From Albugo candida (taxonomy: Eukaryota): a stretch of DNA of 64,000 nucleotides. The stretch covers positions 124,001 through 188,000 of the forward strand of contig JBDOQK010000039.1 of the NCBI GenBank assembly GCA_040437565.1. The letters run 5' to 3'. Below are positions 33,667 to 46,433 of this stretch, one piece after another. Under the pieces are notes generated by a model that did no database searches, had not been told where the DNA came from, and worked only from the letters and a program-made list of their open reading frames with translations. Every line of letters starts with the position of its first letter. Within the stretch, counting starts at the first letter, position 1. The position numbers and the translations under genes were made by a program.

Positions 33667-36600
33667 TCAAATCGGTTCCTGAGCTTGTAACACCCGGATA
33701 TCGTTCACGAAATCGACGAGTTCTTGCGAGAAAGTGGAGAGATCGACCTGACCGCTCCATTGCAAACATGGATCCGCTTGTTGAGAGATCGCTTCCAATT
33801 GGGCCGGTGTGAGTATTTGTTTCGTAACCGATGGAATGAAGCGTTGATAAAAGTCGCCAAAATCTGCTCCGGCCAGTCTGTGGAAGATTCTGATGAGCTC
33901 ATCGCGGAGAAGGTTCATTTCTCCATTCAAAAGTACGAGTAGAAGCGTTGACATAAATTCTGTGCGCAATTCCTCTTGAAAGCCCTTGAAACGGAACAAA
34001 TTGTGTGCTTCATCAATACGATGCAATGTGAGTAACACTTGGCGACATAATCTCGGTGACAGCGAACTTGCTTGCTGGGATTGCGGTGATGTTTGGTCAT
34101 GGACTTTGAAGGAACTTCCAAGGATATTCGCTAGACTCCCCAATAGAGAGTGAAAATAAGTCTTTGCTGCGTCGGAAACGAAAACACGATCTCTACGGCC
34201 TTCACTATTGAATGTGGTTCCGGAAACGACGAAAAACCGAAAGTGTTGGAGGAAGAGTTGTTCCACAAGCGACACATAGTAAGCTAGGATAACGCTTTCA
34301 CTCTCCGCATGAAAGAAAATCGTCTACAGGCAATGTATCAGCAGCAGTACGGAAACCGGGTTCCTATACGAACCTGTCTGAGCGGTCCAAAACACAAGTC
34401 CAAAATGTTTTGCACAAACGCTGCAAATACAGTTGTCGGTTCGGCCAGAACGATGGTTAAAAGCTTCAAAAGGCCACAGATCGCAATCACACCAGCGGTC
34501 CCTTGCTGCTGGAGACTATAAGAACATAATGGTGTTACCATCAGTACGTTACGAAAGCTGAAAGAATGTAAGCGTACATGAGGCCAAGTTGAACGTCTTC
34601 AAAGATACTCACAAAAGTCTGCATGATTGTGGCGACGCGATCCTTTTGCATCTCTTTTCGGATGGATTTTAATAGCTGCGCATAGAGCCGAATGATCTCA
34701 TTGACCACTTCAAGCCCATGCTTAACATTTCGCTGAGTCGTCGATCCGTCCTGTGCCTTGTCGCCGGACCTTCTAATTGCCATAAAATACGTCGTCAAAA
34801 GCGATAATAATGCCGGGAATATGGATTCATATGCCTCAAAAAAGGCATCTTTTGCAAGTTTTGGTTTGGTCTCAATGGATGCTGCTAGACGGCATACCAG
34901 ACGACAATCGCGTTGAATCTGGAGCATGATAGTGTGTTCGAAAATGCGATGTTCATTTTGTTGTAGAATCAAAGCTGCTGTTTCAATTCCTTCGCGAATT
35001 GGTAACACCAGAGAGCCATATGCTTGACCCCAATGTTGTTGCAGTGCTGCAGCTCCCGTGCTCATTCCTGCAACAGGATAGTTTGACTTCAATGAGATAG
35101 CTGAATCGATGATAGAATTGGACATGGCGGTGTACAAGTCTCCTTGTATCGATAAAGGTAGGCTCTGACTGAAGCGATGGATATTCTTCTCTAGTTCCAC
35201 CATTGTTGGTACATACCGAAGGTCATCGTACGTCACAATATATCCAAGATGAGCAAGTACTTGGAGTGCCGAATGCATTATGACGTGCGGAGATGGAACA
35301 ATGGTCGAGTCCAAAGTCCGTAAAACGATTTGGAGCAGCCTCTCGGACAATTTGCAGAGCTCTTGTTTAGCTTGAGTCTGAGCATTCGGATCAATCTTCT
35401 GCTGACGTAAAAAGTAATCGGCACAACCACTCAGACACACACGTATACAGGTAAGCGCTTCACACAGCAACTCCACATAAGCGTCACCACGAGTATGCAA
35501 TCGATGCTCAACTGCATACTCACCAAGGGCTAGAAAAAGTTGCAAGATTTTCCATGCCGTGTACATTTGCTCGTGACTCAGTCCATCTTGACGTGAGGTA
35601 TACTGTGCGCAAACGCTTGCTAAAACAGCACAATTGGTCGTAAGATCCCGCACAGACGATCTTTCTTGAATCCACGTTTCGCTTTGAGGCGTAGGAAGGG
35701 ATTTATCGTGAATTTGAAACAGAAAAAGCTGACATGCCCCTTCAACACGAGGTAGTACATGATCTAATATTGGCTGTGTGCAACTGGGAAAAGCAGCAAT
35801 TCGTTGTACCAAGGCAACACAATCAACTATAAACTGCTTCCGTTCTGATAGTTCAGTCGTCGTTCTGTTCTCGCTGTCTTCACTTTGTTGGGTCCTGTTC
35901 GTCTCCAAGTCATTCGCCATATTCACCATGTTTGCTGCTTGAGCCAAATCCTGCAGAGAACAGGGCGTGTTCGAATCAACCCTTTGATCATTGTCACCGC
36001 TGAGTTCAAAGACCGCATCTAAACTGCTTGTCTTCAACGTTAGATTGTCATCATCTTCATTATCTTCTTCCTCATCATCCAGCTTCATCAGTTGCTCGTA
36101 ATTACTCGCGTAATTCATCCGCTCCATGATGTGTAACATCACGTTAACAAGACCAGCTTCATACGCCGCAAACACCCTCTGTACTTCTTCGTTGGAGGCT
36201 TCTTCTTCCTGCTTTGCTTCCTCTAAATACCCCACAAAGACCTCCCACACCCGAAGGCAGTTCAAAAACCCATCGATATTGCGCTGTTTTATTGTCACTT
36301 GAGCCACCAAGCCTAGAAAGTCTGGCAATATGTGCTTGGTCGATGGGTCCTGCAAACGCCTGATGTGCTGACTTAAGAATGAATTGACCAGCTCACAAAG
36401 CTTTGTCCAGTACTCATCGTCAATTGTCATTTTGTTGACTTGGCCTGACATTTCTGTAATTTCTTTAAAAGCAGATAATGTTGCCTGTAACAATGTGCAG
36501 ATGCCCACAAGTACATGATTCAGAATTTGCGGTAAAAGTTCCGGTTTAAAGCGCTTTCCAGCAATCTCAATCAGCGCTTGTAGAGCGAATACACTTGAAG

Positions 36601-37459
36601 CACAGGTGCTAGTTGAAATTCCACGCGGTGTCTCCATATGAGTTTGATAGTTTACAGCAGCTTTAAATATTAAGGTAAACCACTCTATATCCATTTGTTC
36701 GGACAATGGAGCCCAAGTGCAACCATGAATGATGGTCTGTAAAATGACAACTGCAACTTGATCTTGCTCGTCCCATGAGCCAAACGGAATGGTTTGGACA
36801 ATTGGATGAGAATTCTGTAAGTTATTATGTATGCAAGCATTTAAAATAAAATGTAAGCTCGACAGCAAGGACGGGAATGCGTGCTTCAATTGCGCTTGAG
36901 CGTGCCGTTTTACTTGCGCGAAAACCAAAGCATTATCGCGCCCAAATTCATCGACAAGAACTTCAACCAAATGTAGACCACATAATAGATAATTGAGATT
37001 AGGATCTCTTAGTAAGGTTTCGATGGATAACATGAAATCAGGCCATGTGTTATGATGTACGCTTTGCCATTCGTAGCGCGCAATATCGACCAGAACTTTA
37101 CGCACTTTGCGAAGCGCAAAGGATGTGGACGTTGACTTTGTGCATCGAAGCATAAAATCCCATAGAAATTGTCGGATTTGTGCTTTTTGTTCATGCGAAA
37201 TCTGACGTACACTTGTCCAGCGCCGCGCCACGAGCTCCTCGATGGTTGTGACAGCAAACCATAACAGGTATTCATTGCTGGAGGTCGTTAAAATCTGGGC
37301 AAGGATTGGAAACACATTGGCAGTAGCACTTTGCTTCCATTGAATAAGTTCTTGTTCCAGTCGAGTCTTTTGTTCAAACGGTGTAAGAGGATTCATCACA
37401 TCTGATACGATATTTTCCAAATGAGCGATAACGTCGGAATCATTGCCAATCGATTGCAT
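33667..37459 (-). CDS. XPO6: Exportin-6-like karyopherin (importin-beta family), 3 exons
   Basis: IBN_N start (LENIVSDVM..KTRLEQEL..NEYLLWFAVTTIEELVARRW..KVLVDIARYEW). The C-terminus (NLLRDEL..LAGADFGDFYQRFIP..DLSTFSQELVDFVNDIR) recalls metazoan XPO6 from memory. Confidence 0.75.
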
Positions 37460-37688
37460 GCTCTATCGATTTCTCCTTGCAAATAACAGCAACACTTAAC
37501 CGAGACGTTTCACCAGTTGTAAACCGGTAGATGTGGTCATCATAGAGATACGTCTCACAAATGGGTACGATGCAGCATAACTCATTAACCAACAGTCTTA
37601 GCTTTTGACTGGTGAGCATAAAAATCGAAACCTTTATAAAGAGTTTATTACAATTAGCCATACGTGCTGCTATTTAATGAATTTCTAG

Positions 37689-38291
37689 CTATGATATGAA
37701 ATATATAAGTAATTGAACATCGCTCGGATGCCATTCGGTTGCATTGAGCGTCGCTTTCACATCATCTGTATCGATTCGAGAGGTAACGTCTGATGGACTA
37801 TCTACTGGTGTTGGGCTGTAGGGCTGCTTGTGTGTACTGTTAAGGCTATGATCGCATGGAAATTTGTCACTTTCAATGTGCGAGACTTTCCACAACTTTC
37901 GCCGGCAGTCCTTTACTTTTTCGTCGAAATAAGCGACACCCGAATCGTTCTTTTCGACTTCCTCGGCCGTATCGTGATTCAACATTGTCGACTGCAGAAC
38001 TGCTTGTCCATGGCTCCAAGATCCGTCGAGAGGCTGATACTGTGAGAGTAGAGGTTCGTGAATCATATTTATGTCTATAAACGACACTTGTTTTTTTCGT
38101 TGTCGAATCAGTTTCCTTCGAAGAGCTCGTTGTCTACGGTGTTTAAGATCGCTTCTCCGTTTGGTCTGATTCTGCAGTTTGCGATGATACTCACAGAGCC
38201 GTAATAATTTCCCATTAGGTTTCTGTGCTCGTTCATTCGGACAGCGGCCGGTCTTGTATGAGCATAATTGTTTGGATCGGGCGTTCATCAT
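37689..38291 (-). CDS. Oomycete-type small protein with a Cys/His motif and basic helix (putative DNA-binding regulator)
   Basis: CSYKTGRCPNERAQKPNGKLLRLCEYHRKLQNQTKRRSDLKHR, then a very basic stretch and a C-terminal W..SDVQLL motif. First ATG at 38291. Confidence 0.7.
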   Translation of the reverse strand: MMNARSKQLCSYKTGRCPNERAQKPNGKLLRLCEYHRKLQNQTKRRSDLKHRRQRALRRKLIRQRKKQVSFIDINMIHEPLLSQYQPLDGSWSHGQAVLQSTMLNHDTAEEVEKNDSGVAYFDEKVKDCRRKLWKVSHIESDKFPCDHSLNSTHKQPYSPTPVDSPSDVTSRIDTDDVKATLNATEWHPSDVQLLIYFIS

Positions 38292-39525
38292 AGCGACAAT
38301 TACTCTAAGCGCTAATGGAGCAGAGTCAAGACTGATCAACCGACCCAGCTGGTTGCAAATTTCTCACTGAAGAGTACTCGTGTCTCCAACTATAGTATTT
38401 TCGATTTTCTATATACTATCTCTTGAGGCCATCTATGTATTTCTACCTTTTTGCCCTTTCTGATGTACTGTGAATTCGTCATTCATGCGTAATTGAGCGC
38501 ATTTAGTCAATGAAAAGCTTGCGTCAACAGTTTTTCCATAATGTTAGCTGATACTCTCTAGGCTACATAAGCGACATTCGTCTCAAGCAGGCGCGCCGTC
38601 ATTTTTATCAAAAGCGCTTGAATTACCGACATAGATACGTTATGTATGCATTCTTTATATGGTATTCACTACCGGTGGATCGAAATAAAAGGCTGTCAAC
38701 TATCAACGGGGAACAATGAATGCAATATGGCAGCTTTAGACACGTTCGGAGTGTTGTCGAGTAGCGAAAGTACAAGTGATTCATTTTAAATGACGATAGC
38801 GCACTGTCTTTGCGCGTTCGCGACCTGTCGCAAGGTGCTTCAAGGGTTATTAATAGAGAGTAAAATATAGAATTTACAATTGTCTGATATATCTTGCGTC
38901 AGTAATACCATGCTTCTTATAATGTATTTCTGGCAGTCACTTGACAGAAAGCATCGCTCCCAACTATACTATATACAAAATACCCTCGATTTGGGCCACA
39001 TATATGCAAGCGCAAGATTGACTTTATGTGCGACCCTCAAGCGAATGGGAACATACGTAGATCATACATAATATTACACACAGACACAATGACGTCAGCA
39101 TAAGTCGACAACTTTTTCGCTTTCGATAAAAGTGTACTGATCCGTGGATCAATTTGAGACTAGACAATCATTCTCGTAAGTAAACGACGAAAAAGAAACT
39201 GCAATTTTAAGCGCGCGATATTTTCAGTACTCAAAATGTAGCGGTAGCAGAAAGCAAAAGCATACTGTTGAGCGCCAAAATGATATTTTGATGCAGTAGG
39301 TAGGTTGTTTGATACTGTAAAAAAATACAGTGTTATGATATTTAATCAGTCGTGAGTTTACATGGCGATACAGTAAGATGTCAGGCGCGGGACACTTGAA
39401 GGACCATTTTCAATGAATGACAACAGGATTCGCTGATTGATGTGTTTGATAAACGGCATCACCATCATTCTGTGATAGGTGTATAAACTTATGCCCGTAT
39501 TTTTAGCAGGGAGAAACGATCGTCA

Positions 39526-40442
39526 ATGTCGAAAGAACGAAGCGTCATGCAGCGGGAAGAATGCATTTATAATCTGATTCCTGCCGTAGTTCCTCAAGTC
39601 GTAAAGCCTTCGCGTTATTTGTCAAAACACGATCCTCTTCTTCAGCCAACGGGAACAACATTTGGCTTACAGGGCAAAACACGAGTCGCAGGCGCCAATT
39701 TGGGAAGTAATGCGCGTTTGCCGCCACCAAAAAGTGCCGCGGGAATTGGACGTGAAACTCGAAAACCTGATGCGAAGAGTTTTATCAAGAAAGGAGAACG
39801 ATGCAATACACTGATGCTTACGGATAGTGCACGTAAGTGGCGTTTATGACTTTCTATCGATTACGTTGGAGATTTATATCGTATGCAGCTAAACAATTTG
39901 CCTACACCGGAAAACGGATGCCTAAAGTTGTGAAACGGGATGAGAGACCAGTTATGGGATTGAAATCAGGGAAGAATTATCTGACTACGAATGCGGTGGA
40001 CGCGATTCTAGCAGTTCCAGGTAATCGTGCAGCCAGCAAATTCGAACCGCCGCAATATCGAAACAAACAAGATTACGGGCAAGTGCCCAAATATCTGAGT
40101 CAAGTCAAAGATGAGATTGAATGGGAGAATCAGCTCATTGAACATGTGGTGCGTCAAAACAGCGATCGGATGGATGATGACTCAGGGAATCAAGGGGGAC
40201 AACCACTCGACGAGCACGAACGTCAGCAGCTTGTGAACGCTCTCAAAGCGAAATGGGATAATGTCAATGCAAAGTATCAAAAGTTGTGTCACAATGTGGT
40301 CTTTGACACGCTTGGTAAAGTGAGAAGAAAAGAAACACTTGAAAAAGAATTGACGCAGCTGGAGAAAGATATTGATCTTTTAGAAAAGGGGCCTGTGGTC
40401 ATCACACATGACACTCCACATCGCCATCCCGAGCGTCAATGA
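39526..40442 (+). CDS. ENKUR: Enkurin (flagellar axoneme protein), 2 exons
   Basis: ECIYNLIP..RYLSKH; intron 39833-39888; PVMGLKSGKNYLTTNAV, KQDYGQVPKYL, LKAKWDNVNAKYQKL, RRKETLEKELTQLEKDIDLL. Confidence 0.9.
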
Positions 40443-40492
40443 AGGTACAGAAATTTTCGGTGTTTACTAATCATATAATATGAAGTATTGCG

Positions 40493-41333
40493 TCAGGAAT
40501 CGCTTCCACTGAGTTGTTCAATTTGCTGTCTTGCTTCTTGTATTTGATACACCAATTCACGAAGTTGTTCTACAGAACAAGCAAATTTCTTTTTTTCAAG
40601 CGACTCGCCTACAGACGTGACAGCTTTTCCGGCGTGTATTCTAGTCGCTGGCTTTTGCACCACCAATTCAACCAAGCAAAGAAGCTCACGAATATCGCCT
40701 TGTGTACTGGATCGTATCTCATAATCCAGACGCCAAGAAATATCCACCACATGCGAGAAATCCCAACCTACAACACAAAGCGATAAGAAGCAATTCAACG
40801 ACGCTGTTCGGCTCAATCTACTTGTGTGCTGCAAGACTGGCTGAATCTTGGGTATCGCTTTTGCAATCAGGTTAAGGAAACATTGATGCATGGACGTGAT
40901 CACCTCTGATTCACCCGGAACGTTAAACCCGAAAAGAGCCAATTCCTCGCTATAGTGCAAATGAAAACAGCTTAGTTTCAGCTTTGGCGTCGATTTTCAT
41001 ATCTCACTCATTCGCGCACAATTCCGTATGGTTTTCTCTCAAGAAATGGACGACAACAGCACAAACGAGCTGGTATATTTCGCGTAGAAGCACGGGGTCT
41101 TCCGCGGCATGACGTGCGCATCTTTTCCATTTCTCTTGGACCTCGGACCACTTGGTCTTAAGTACGGCTTCTGCGTTCTCATGTTGCGGCACAAGGTCTC
41201 TGACAAGCTCATCGACAGCAACCTGTATCAACGCATCGAGGCATTCCGCAGAGACTATCGTCTCCATTGCATAAATCACACGCGCAGAAGCGAGCATATG
41301 TGCGTCATGAGGTGGAATCGCTGCATCCGTCAT
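40493..41333 (-). CDS. COMMD3: COMM domain-containing protein 3, 2 exons; start codon uncertain
   Basis: Intron 41007-40950 joins ...CAND-EELAL. COMM domain HVVDISWRLDYEIRS...FACSVEQLRELVYQIQEA; DPVLLREI resembles COMMD3 DPVVLKH. Confidence 0.75.
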
Positions 41334-41378
41334 AAGTCCGAGCACGTACTTTTGCAAAGTACCGTGCGTGTGCTCTTG

Positions 41379-44300
41379 ATGGTGTTCTTGCTTCCGCATC
41401 AGCACGAATTTGTGTGTCTCTGTCGCGACCAACAGCAGAATTTTCTCGTCTGTAGCCCACACAAAGTCGGCAAGACATTCGCCGCCTGCAGTATCGTACG
41501 CAACCTCTTCACCGAGCCAGAATTATCGGAAAAAGCGCTGTGCCATTCTGCATTAAGTTCGCATGGACCCGCATGCGCCTCCGAGCCCACGCCAAATTCT
41601 ACTAAAGTTATCATCATCGTCCCTTCCACAGACGCTGTACGCGATATCACAATCGAATTGGGTCGATTGTGTGCTGTAAATGTCGTAAAATGCTGCCAAA
41701 ACGTGTCAAAAGAGTCGATACACGTGAACCATTCTTCTCCATCAAACGCTTTATCCACCGACGAAATCGAGTCACCTGCTGCTCGAATAGAAGCACCGAA
41801 ACCCTCTCCGACTCAAAACGACGTCAAAAAATGGGAAATAGATGATTCCTTTGCCCTTGAACGCATTGCATCTGCTCCAATTCTTGTTCTCACTTCTCAC
41901 ATTGCGCTCAGTCTTATACGACGCAAACTCCTCTCTCTACCATCGGATTCGCCCGAACGAAATGGAAATGCTACTTCTTGGCTGTTTATCCTGGAAAACA
42001 TTGAGCAGATTCAGTCAAGTTCTCCGGTCTTTTTCAAGCATTTCGACGCGCATTTCGGCTCCGTCTTCCGACAAACAGACTCATCGTCTAAACTTGCAAA
42101 GCTTTTCGCCACAGCTTCGACATCGCTGTCGAAATTGTATGCATTATCGTCTTTAAAACCGATTCTGTCGATGGTACAAGCGATCAATGTGCTTCCAATT
42201 GTATCGCCCGATATCATTCAATCGCTTCAATCGCTTCCGCCGTACCTCATGGAGACGTTTGAAATGTCTGTAGATGCCATAGGAAACGAAAATGAGCTTT
42301 TACAATGCACACCTTCCGATTTCTTACACGGAAAAAACAAGAAAGAAATTGATTTTATTCGATTGTATCGTATCGAATTGGTAATGGGAAACTCTGCAGC
42401 TATCTACGATGAGAAAAAATGCCAAGAAAAGGTCGATCGATTTTCCAGTGAGGCGCAATTGATATATGAGCATTTGGGCGTTTGGTGTTTCTATAAATTC
42501 ATCGAAATTGAGCTCCTTACCGGGCTACAAGCTTGTTTTGTCAGCGATACCGACAATGTGAACCACTGCAAGCGACGTCGCCTGGAGCAAATCAGCCTGG
42601 ATAAGAGCGAATCCGATGAAGAAATCAAAGCGGTAGCCACCTTAGAGACCGATATCACACCACAGACCGCTTCTCAAGCTTTAGAAGACGATTTGGATGT
42701 CACAATTTTCAACCTCAATCTGAATTGCAACGCGATGGAGTACGCTGAACGAATTCGAGCGTATTTCGACATGAAAGAGACAATCGANNNNNNNNNNNNN
42801 NNNNNNNNNNNNNNNNNNNNNNNNNNNNNNNNNNNNNNNNNNNNNNNNNNNNNNNNNNNNNNNNNNNNNNNNNNNNNNNNNNNNNNNGAATTGCAACGCG
42901 ATGGAGTACGCTGAACGAATTCGAGCGTATTTCGACATGAAAGAGACAATCGATCCAAAAGTCGATTATATCATTAAAGTAATTGCGTGGATGTCGAATC
43001 AATTGTCGAAAATCGGGCTGAAGGCTGCATCTCCACGCCTTCGAAAAGTAGCCTCATTGATCCAAACGAGAATGCTCAATGAAGGCTCTAAAATCAAAAG
43101 TTGGGTGTTTCTCAGTCGTCGATGCTATTGTCGCGTGGTCGCAGAGTACCTGACATGTATTCTCGATCCATTAGGAGCTCCTCCGTGCTGTTGTATGCTC
43201 GGAAGCAATAGTGCTCGAATATGTGGCAAACTCCATTTTTCCACTTACGCTCGCGTTCTCACAATGCTTTCCGAATACAAAACCAATGTGATGGTGACGA
43301 CATTTATCAGCAAAGCAGAGAACAACACACCAGAATGCGATCTTCTCATTGTAATGGATCAACTTACTGAGCCAGAAAAGCTGTACGAATGCGCGAGTCG
43401 AGCACATCCTTCTCGTGGGGTCATCAAGTATATCATTCCCAACACGTCGGTCGAGATACGAAAGTACGATTTGCTCATTCGAAAGCTCTTTGAGTACCTC
43501 GAGGAGCAGGGTATCGTCCATCTACCTTCCCAAGTCCCATCTCGAGCTTTAACGACCTCTACGCCTCAACTCAATCGGAAGGAATCGGTCTCTGTATCCC
43601 CCTACGAGATCGTATTTAGCGATACAAACAGCGTCTTGAATCTCGACAACAGTGAGAAGATCTTGAGCGATTTTTGTGACGCGCTTCCGGGCCAAAATAC
43701 ATTCGATCGTCGTGCAGAATACAAAATCCGACGCCATTTCTCATCGAATGGAATGACAGCGACACAGAAACAATACAAGAAGAAGCGGCTTAAATTCAAT
43801 TGCAAATTGGATGACCAAATTGATGATTGTCGAGCACAAGCCGAAGATCCCGTAGAAGCGAATTCTGAAGCTATTGCATACTCTGTCGCGTTGATGCTTC
43901 CTCGAATGCTTCGTATAAATCGACCGATTGTGACCAGCAAAGAGCCTTCTGAGGCTCAGGCACGAAGTATTGCTGCATTTAAAGCGTGTCAGCAACTCTT
44001 GAAACGAGGTCATTTAGATCGAAATCTTCGATCGATACTTCTGGCCAAGCAATCCAGCATCCATGGGAAGAATTCCGACCAGAAAATCATCGCGAAATTG
44101 ACCGCCTCCGCTAAATTTGTGAGCCTGAATCGTCCTCAGGGCAAAGAGGAAGCTATCCCCGGCGCATTAAGCGATCTTTTAGTACATGATTCGTACGATA
44201 TTCCACCGGTGACAGCGAAAGAGCTTGGATTGAGCACGATACGAAGCAGAATCGATGCATCGGATGGCTCAATTACGATGTATTTGTACGGGATCCAGCC

Positions 44301-46431
44301 GCTGGAAATTGGTATTCTCTCGTCTGATATTTTGTACACTGGAGACACCAATACGCAATGGCGATACGACTTTGCTACAAGCGATGTTATGACACAGGAA
44401 ATACATTCCGCGACGTTGGAAAAACACCCAATTTCAGTGAAAATGAGCAGAAAAGAGCTCCATCAGGCTCTCCATTTCCATCTGATCGTCATGAGGCTTG
44501 CGTGTATGAGCGTCGAAGACGCTATTCGAGAAGTCCGCGTGGAGGAAGACGATGTGTGGAAGGAATTCTCCGAAATGAACGATAAAGGGTACTTGGTCCT
44601 TCCCACCAAATTAGATGAAGCGTATGCGATCGATTGGGAATATGTGCTTCAGATCACCGGAAAGCCGCTTTTGCGTCCATTATGGCCGCTTCCTTCCAAC
44701 ATCGCGCACCCGGTGAATGAGTGGATTATCGTCCCTACCACACGACGTAATGTGACGTACGTGGTCCAGCAGGTGCGTGACGAGCTCGTGGAAACGTTCT
44801 GTGAGCCATTCATCAAAGACCCGACGCATTACAAAGATAATTTAAAACGAGGTCAATCGACGCCAGGCAACCCGATTCTTGGACGATGGCACACACGCGA
44901 GCAAATTCGTGAGGCGAATCCTATGCAGCCGATGGTATATGGGATCCAAACACCGACAATTGTGCCACTGATTCGACGTGTGATGCAGCGAAACCAAGAA
45001 GATCTCATCAAATCGACTACGCGATACAATGAGCGTCTTTTGATCCCAGAATACACGAGTCTTTTGCTTCTTTCCAGGACGCGATATTTCCAAATTATTG
45101 GAATTGTGCCGCTTTTGTACGAATTTGAACGAAAGGCTCAGGTATCCACACTCATGCGTGAAATCGGTTTGGAAGTCGACATGAATTTGCTTGGAAATGC
45201 CACAAGTAAGCCGGCATACGAGCGTCTGGAAGTCTTGGGTGATACATATCTCAAGCTCGAAACTTCGTGGTTTATGTACGAAATTCGCAGAGATGTCCCC
45301 GATGAGGGAACACTATCAATGCTGCGGAGAGACATCATTCGTAATGATCGTTTGTGTCAATTTGCTCTGAACAAAAATCTTCATCATTACATCGTGTACC
45401 CGGCCGAATTAGAACAGCATCCATTTGCGTGCTGGAAGCCTTCCTGCATGGGAAAAACGCCTCAATCGATTAATGCTCCATCCAAATGGATTGCTGATGT
45501 TCTGGAAGCTATTTGTGGAGCGTATATCGTCGGACATGGCGAAAAAGGAGCTCGACATTTTCTGAAATGGGTCGGTATTCAGGTTCTCGAGGAGCCTTTC
45601 AACTTGAAGCAGAGATTCTACCCCGATTGCTATCCAAAGACACTGATGCGTGCTGCTGTGCCTATCGATGGGAACGCGGGCGTTGGTATTGGGAATTGGA
45701 ATTTTTCGATTTTGCATTATGAGAATTTGGTCACAAAAATGAGACTTTTGGAAAAACGACTTTGCTATCGTTTTCGGAATAAATTGTTATTGCTCGAAGC
45801 AATTGCTCATCCATCGGTACGTCGCTTGGAACTTGTGATAAACAGTGAGAAACGTATGAATTGGCACGGGAATTACGAGCGATTGGAGTATTTGGGTGAC
45901 GCATTGATTGAATATTTGACCGTATCTTACGCATTCCTGGCGCATGATACCTGGCTTCCAGGCTCGTTATCGAATTGGAAAGCAGCCACAGTTTCCAATG
46001 ACGCATTGGGGAAAACAGCGATTGCTTGTTTCGGTATCGATGAAGCCATTTGCTCGGGACATTTGCATTTCGATCGAGAAATCGTGAAAAAAATCAAAAT
46101 GATCCCGAGAACGTATGAGGTCGATTATCGTGTGGATACGATACAACCTGAGCATTCTCGGAATTCTACGACGACAAGCAATTGCACCACGAATCTCCTA
46201 GCATTGCCCAAGATCCTGGCTGATGTCATGGAAGCGCTCGTTGCAGCAGTATTTCTCGATTCCGGAAAGGATCTCGGGATCATTCGCGATGTGTTTTTCG
46301 GTCGATTGCTGGAAACGATCGGAGAGGATGCCACGCGATTTGTGTGTCATGAAAGCGGTCTCATCATCGACGATCAAGGACAAGAGGATCTTTTCAACAT
46401 GGAAGTATTCACATTGTCCGATGAAGATTAA
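41379..46431 (+). CDS. DCL1: Dicer-like protein: degenerate helicase region, Dicer dimerisation (DUF283-like) domain, two RNase III domains; small artifactual repeat at the 42788-42887 gap
   Basis: RNase IIIa YERLEVLGDTYLKL...KWIADVLEAICGA; RNase IIIb YERLEYLGDALIEY...KILADVMEALVAAVFLDSG; NSEKILSDFCDALP...AAFKACQQLLKRGHLDRNL; helicase-like LPHQHE..NFLVCSPHKVGKT. Confidence 0.93.
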
Positions 46432-46433
46432 CA

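Noticed and set aside
41109..41378. 90-aa N-terminal extension of Dicer as genuine dual-coding sequence
   Set aside because: It is the antisense shadow of COMMD3 exon 1, and Dicer-like similarity only begins at MVFLLPHQ. It is not supportable without proteomics.
42722..42953. Dicer apparently split into two genes (601 aa and 1176 aa)
   Set aside because: A ~66-nt overlap is duplicated across the gap. Merging gives a continuous ORF.
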